From: Desulfocapsa sulfexigens DSM 10523
GTDB taxonomy: Bacteria > Desulfobacterota > Desulfobulbia > Desulfobulbales > Desulfocapsaceae
Length of the DNA: 32,000 nucleotides
Reading direction: 5' to 3'
NCBI RefSeq assembly: GCF_000341395.1
Contig: NC_020304.1
Span: forward strand, 2,730,001 to 2,762,000
The notes below the pieces were generated by a model, which had not been told where the DNA came from, did not search any database, and was given only the letters and a program-made list of their open reading frames with translations. The position numbers were made by a program, and so were the translations under genes. Below, in pieces: positions 29,743 to 32,000 of the stretch (the first letter of the stretch is position 1; each line of letters starts with the position of its first letter).

Positions 29743-30873
29743 GTGGCAGTGAGTAGCAAGAAGAAAAAAATTGCCTTAAAAGCTGTTTTCAGCCTGGCTT
29801 TTATCTATGTTTTGTTTTCATTTGTACAGGGCAATCAGCTGCTCTTGATGTTTCAGCGGATTAACTGGTTTTACCTGTCCTTGTCTTTGCTGTTAACTCC
29901 GGTCATGATTGCAGTGAGTTGCTGTAAATGGATGATGATTCTGAACGCAGGACAGAATAATGTTCCGTTTTTGACACTGTTTCGCATCTATCTGATTGGG
30001 TATTTCTTTTCCAATATGCTGCCGTCAACGGTTGGCGGCGATGTTGTTAGATCCTATTATACCGGCAAGATTATTCAGGATCAGTCCTATTCGGCAATTG
30101 CCATTTTCATAGAGCGTTTCTCCGGTATTTTCTTTCTTTTTCTTCTCGTTCTCTTTGCACCACTTGTAAAGCCGTCACTCTACTTGAGTCCCTTTGTCTT
30201 TGTTCCAGTTATCGCCTCCCTTATTCTCACTCTCAGTACTCTCTGGATGGCAAAGGTCAAAAAACCGTTTGTTTTTGCCGATGTGATTGTTGCCTCTGGT
30301 TTAAAGGTTTTCAGAAAAACAATGGTACTGTTTGGTAGAAAAGACCCCCAGGTATTCATCGGAACAATTGAAGATCACTATAAAGCATTTATACAGCGGC
30401 TAGAAAAGTTGCATCTCAAGGTGGTCCAGGCATTTGAGACAATCTTTAAAGATAAAATATTATTTTTGAAGTTGACATTTGTTACGGCTCTTTTTTATCT
30501 GCTTACCTGGGTTAATGTGTCTCTTGCGTTACTGGCGTTTGGTGTTAACCATCAGTTTTCCGATATTTGCGCCCTGGTGCCAACTATCCTCTTTGTTGCC
30601 CATTTTCCAGTTACCATTCTCGGGAACCTGGGGTTTTTTGAGTCAGTTTTTGTTTTTTATCTTCTGCTGGTCGATATCCCAGGCAACGGTTCTCTGGCCA
30701 TGGGATTACTTTTACGAATGAAAATGTTGCTTATCGGTATTGTCGGTTTTTATGTTTATCTTGTATATAAACACGCTACGGGGGATGATGCGAAGCAGTT
30801 AGGGGCGGTGGATGAAAAAAAGCACCTAAGCAGTGATGTGAAAAAGGAGTCTCCTGAAAATGATAGTTGTTGA
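29743..30873 (+). CDS. Flippase-like / lysylphosphatidylglycerol synthase TM-family protein (YbhN/AglD-like, UPF0104)
   Basis: Polytopic protein with WFYLSLSLLLTPVMIAVSCCKWMMIL...FLTLFRIYLIGYFFSNMLPSTVGGDVVRSYYTGK...IFIERFSGIFFLFLL...VTILGNLGFFESVF. Confidence 0.85.
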   Translation: MAVSSKKKKIALKAVFSLAFIYVLFSFVQGNQLLLMFQRINWFYLSLSLLLTPVMIAVSCCKWMMILNAGQNNVPFLTLFRIYLIGYFFSNMLPSTVGGDVVRSYYTGKIIQDQSYSAIAIFIERFSGIFFLFLLVLFAPLVKPSLYLSPFVFVPVIASLILTLSTLWMAKVKKPFVFADVIVASGLKVFRKTMVLFGRKDPQVFIGTIEDHYKAFIQRLEKLHLKVVQAFETIFKDKILFLKLTFVTALFYLLTWVNVSLALLAFGVNHQFSDICALVPTILFVAHFPVTILGNLGFFESVFVFYLLLVDIPGNGSLAMGLLLRMKMLLIGIVGFYVYLVYKHATGDDAKQLGAVDEKKHLSSDVKKESPENDSC

Positions 30874-31612
30874 AAAAAAATCTATCCAGGAAAAGGTCTC
30901 TGGCAACTCCGGAATGTTTGCTAAATACAGAGTGGCAATGGTTGGTGACGGTGGGAACCTGACTCTTTTCCTGTATGAACTGATTAACTTTTTTTGTACA
31001 CCCGTGCCGGGGATATCGGGTGTTTTGTTTAGGAGATTGTTTTTTCCTCTGCTGCTTGGGAAAATCGGTACAGCTGTTCGTATTTACGAAAACTGCACGA
31101 TACGCAATGGTCGTAATATTGTGCTAGGTGATAATGTTTGTATTGAAAAGGAAGTCACGCTGGACGTGAAACCCGGGGAAAATAAAATTGTACTCGGTGA
31201 TAATGTTATCATAGGAAACCGTGTAATCTTCAATTGCTCTGGTGGTGTGATTTCCATCGGTGACGGGACAGTGGTTGGATCGCATTGTCGACTCGGTTCT
31301 TTACTTGGTAACACGATAGGCTGTCATTGCAGAATAGGCAGAGATAGTTGTATTGTCGGGGCAGGTCATGCCACCGGTGATCTTGAGAAAGCCATCGTTC
31401 GCCAGCCGATAACCTGTAATGGCCCGAGCATTATCGGCGATTATGTGTCAATTGGGGAAAGAGTCACTCTGCTGGATGGGGTCAGGGTTGGTTCACATGT
31501 CACAATCTGTTCCGACTCCCTGGTGCTTCAGGATATCCCTGATAATTGTACTGTTTCAGGAGTCCCTGCAAAGATCATTTCCAAAGAGTCGGTTCAGGGG
31601 AGAAGACTGTAA
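30860..31612 (+). CDS. Left-handed beta-helix (hexapeptide repeat) acyltransferase
   Basis: Hexapeptide-type repeats (IRNGRNIVLGDNVCIEKEVTLDV...IVLGDNVIIGNRVIFNCSGGVISIGDGTVVG...GPSIIGDYVSIGERVTLLDGVRVGSHV...VSGVPAKII). It overlaps the previous gene by 14 nt. Confidence 0.88.
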   Translation: MIVVEKKSIQEKVSGNSGMFAKYRVAMVGDGGNLTLFLYELINFFCTPVPGISGVLFRRLFFPLLLGKIGTAVRIYENCTIRNGRNIVLGDNVCIEKEVTLDVKPGENKIVLGDNVIIGNRVIFNCSGGVISIGDGTVVGSHCRLGSLLGNTIGCHCRIGRDSCIVGAGHATGDLEKAIVRQPITCNGPSIIGDYVSIGERVTLLDGVRVGSHVTICSDSLVLQDIPDNCTVSGVPAKIISKESVQGRRL

Positions 31613-31651
31613 ACATGGAATGCTTGCTAATATCTCAATTGCAGGTGTGTT

Positions 31652-32000
31652 TTGTTGTATAAATTCCTCCAATGGTGCCCTGGTGCAGTTGGCTTGTTGT
31701 TGAGGCAGAAACTCTATCCGAGGTATCTGAAGAATTGTGGACGCAATGTCCTTTTTGGCAGGTTTGTTGAGTTTGCCAATGCCAGGGAGAAAATCACCAT
31801 TGGCTCCGGAGTGGTACTTAATGATTTTGTGTGTCTCGATGGTGGTGATCCATCGGATTTTGATTCCCCTCTGATCATAGAGGACAACGTATTTATTGGT
31901 ACTGGGACCACGGTTAAAGTAACGGGTGGTAGTATACGTATTGGTGCCGGCACAAACATCGGAAGTGATTGCCTCGTACAGTCTGATCTACCAGTTGTGT
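31652..32000 (+). CDS. Second hexapeptide-repeat acyltransferase, truncated by window end; start uncertain (TTG candidate)
   Basis: The open frame to the window edge reads LLYKFLQWCPGAVGLLLRQKLYPRYLKNCGRNVLFGRFVEFANAREKITIGSGVVLNDFVCLDGG...IIEDNVFIGTGTTVKVTGGSIRIGAGTNIGSDCLVQSDLPVV. It is absent from the supplied ORF track. Confidence 0.7.
   Translation, partial: MLYKFLQWCPGAVGLLLRQKLYPRYLKNCGRNVLFGRFVEFANAREKITIGSGVVLNDFVCLDGGDPSDFDSPLIIEDNVFIGTGTTVKVTGGSIRIGAGTNIGSDCLVQSDLPVV

Noticed and set aside
31419-31703. 94-aa + strand ORF spanning the end of the hexapeptide acyltransferase
   Set aside because: It is out of frame with both acyltransferase frames; the real downstream gene is the frame beginning near 31652.

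Overview
The window is a long, almost entirely unidirectional (+ strand) envelope-glycan (O-antigen/exopolysaccharide type) biosynthesis and decoration locus. From left to right it contains: an N-acetyl-sugar amidotransferase trio (WbpG/PseA-like partial CDS, HisF-like, HisH-like), with the HisF-like gene split at an 11-nt poly-A tract; a Rossmann-like plus beta-propeller protein; a GT-B-like protein; an intact-looking IS4-family element with 18-bp inverted repeats and a 9-bp target duplication; several GT4/GT2 glycosyltransferases, including one ORF made mostly of 38-residue LFD...HP repeats that reappear at the N-terminus of a dual GT2 protein; a HAD-type protein; and a block of membrane/periplasmic modification genes (DUF2142-like, two acyltransferase-3 proteins, SGNH proteins, an SxtJ-carbamoyltransferase-DUF5989 cassette, a YbhN-like flippase-family protein and two hexapeptide acyltransferases). 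The most notable signal is a shared, apparently extracytoplasmic module (here called 'RIDP-DPQ') in four otherwise different membrane proteins at about 15.8, 17.7, 24.4 and 26.1 kb. I see no CRISPR array, rRNA, tRNA or defence system. Family calls come from recognised sequence motifs; no database search was run.
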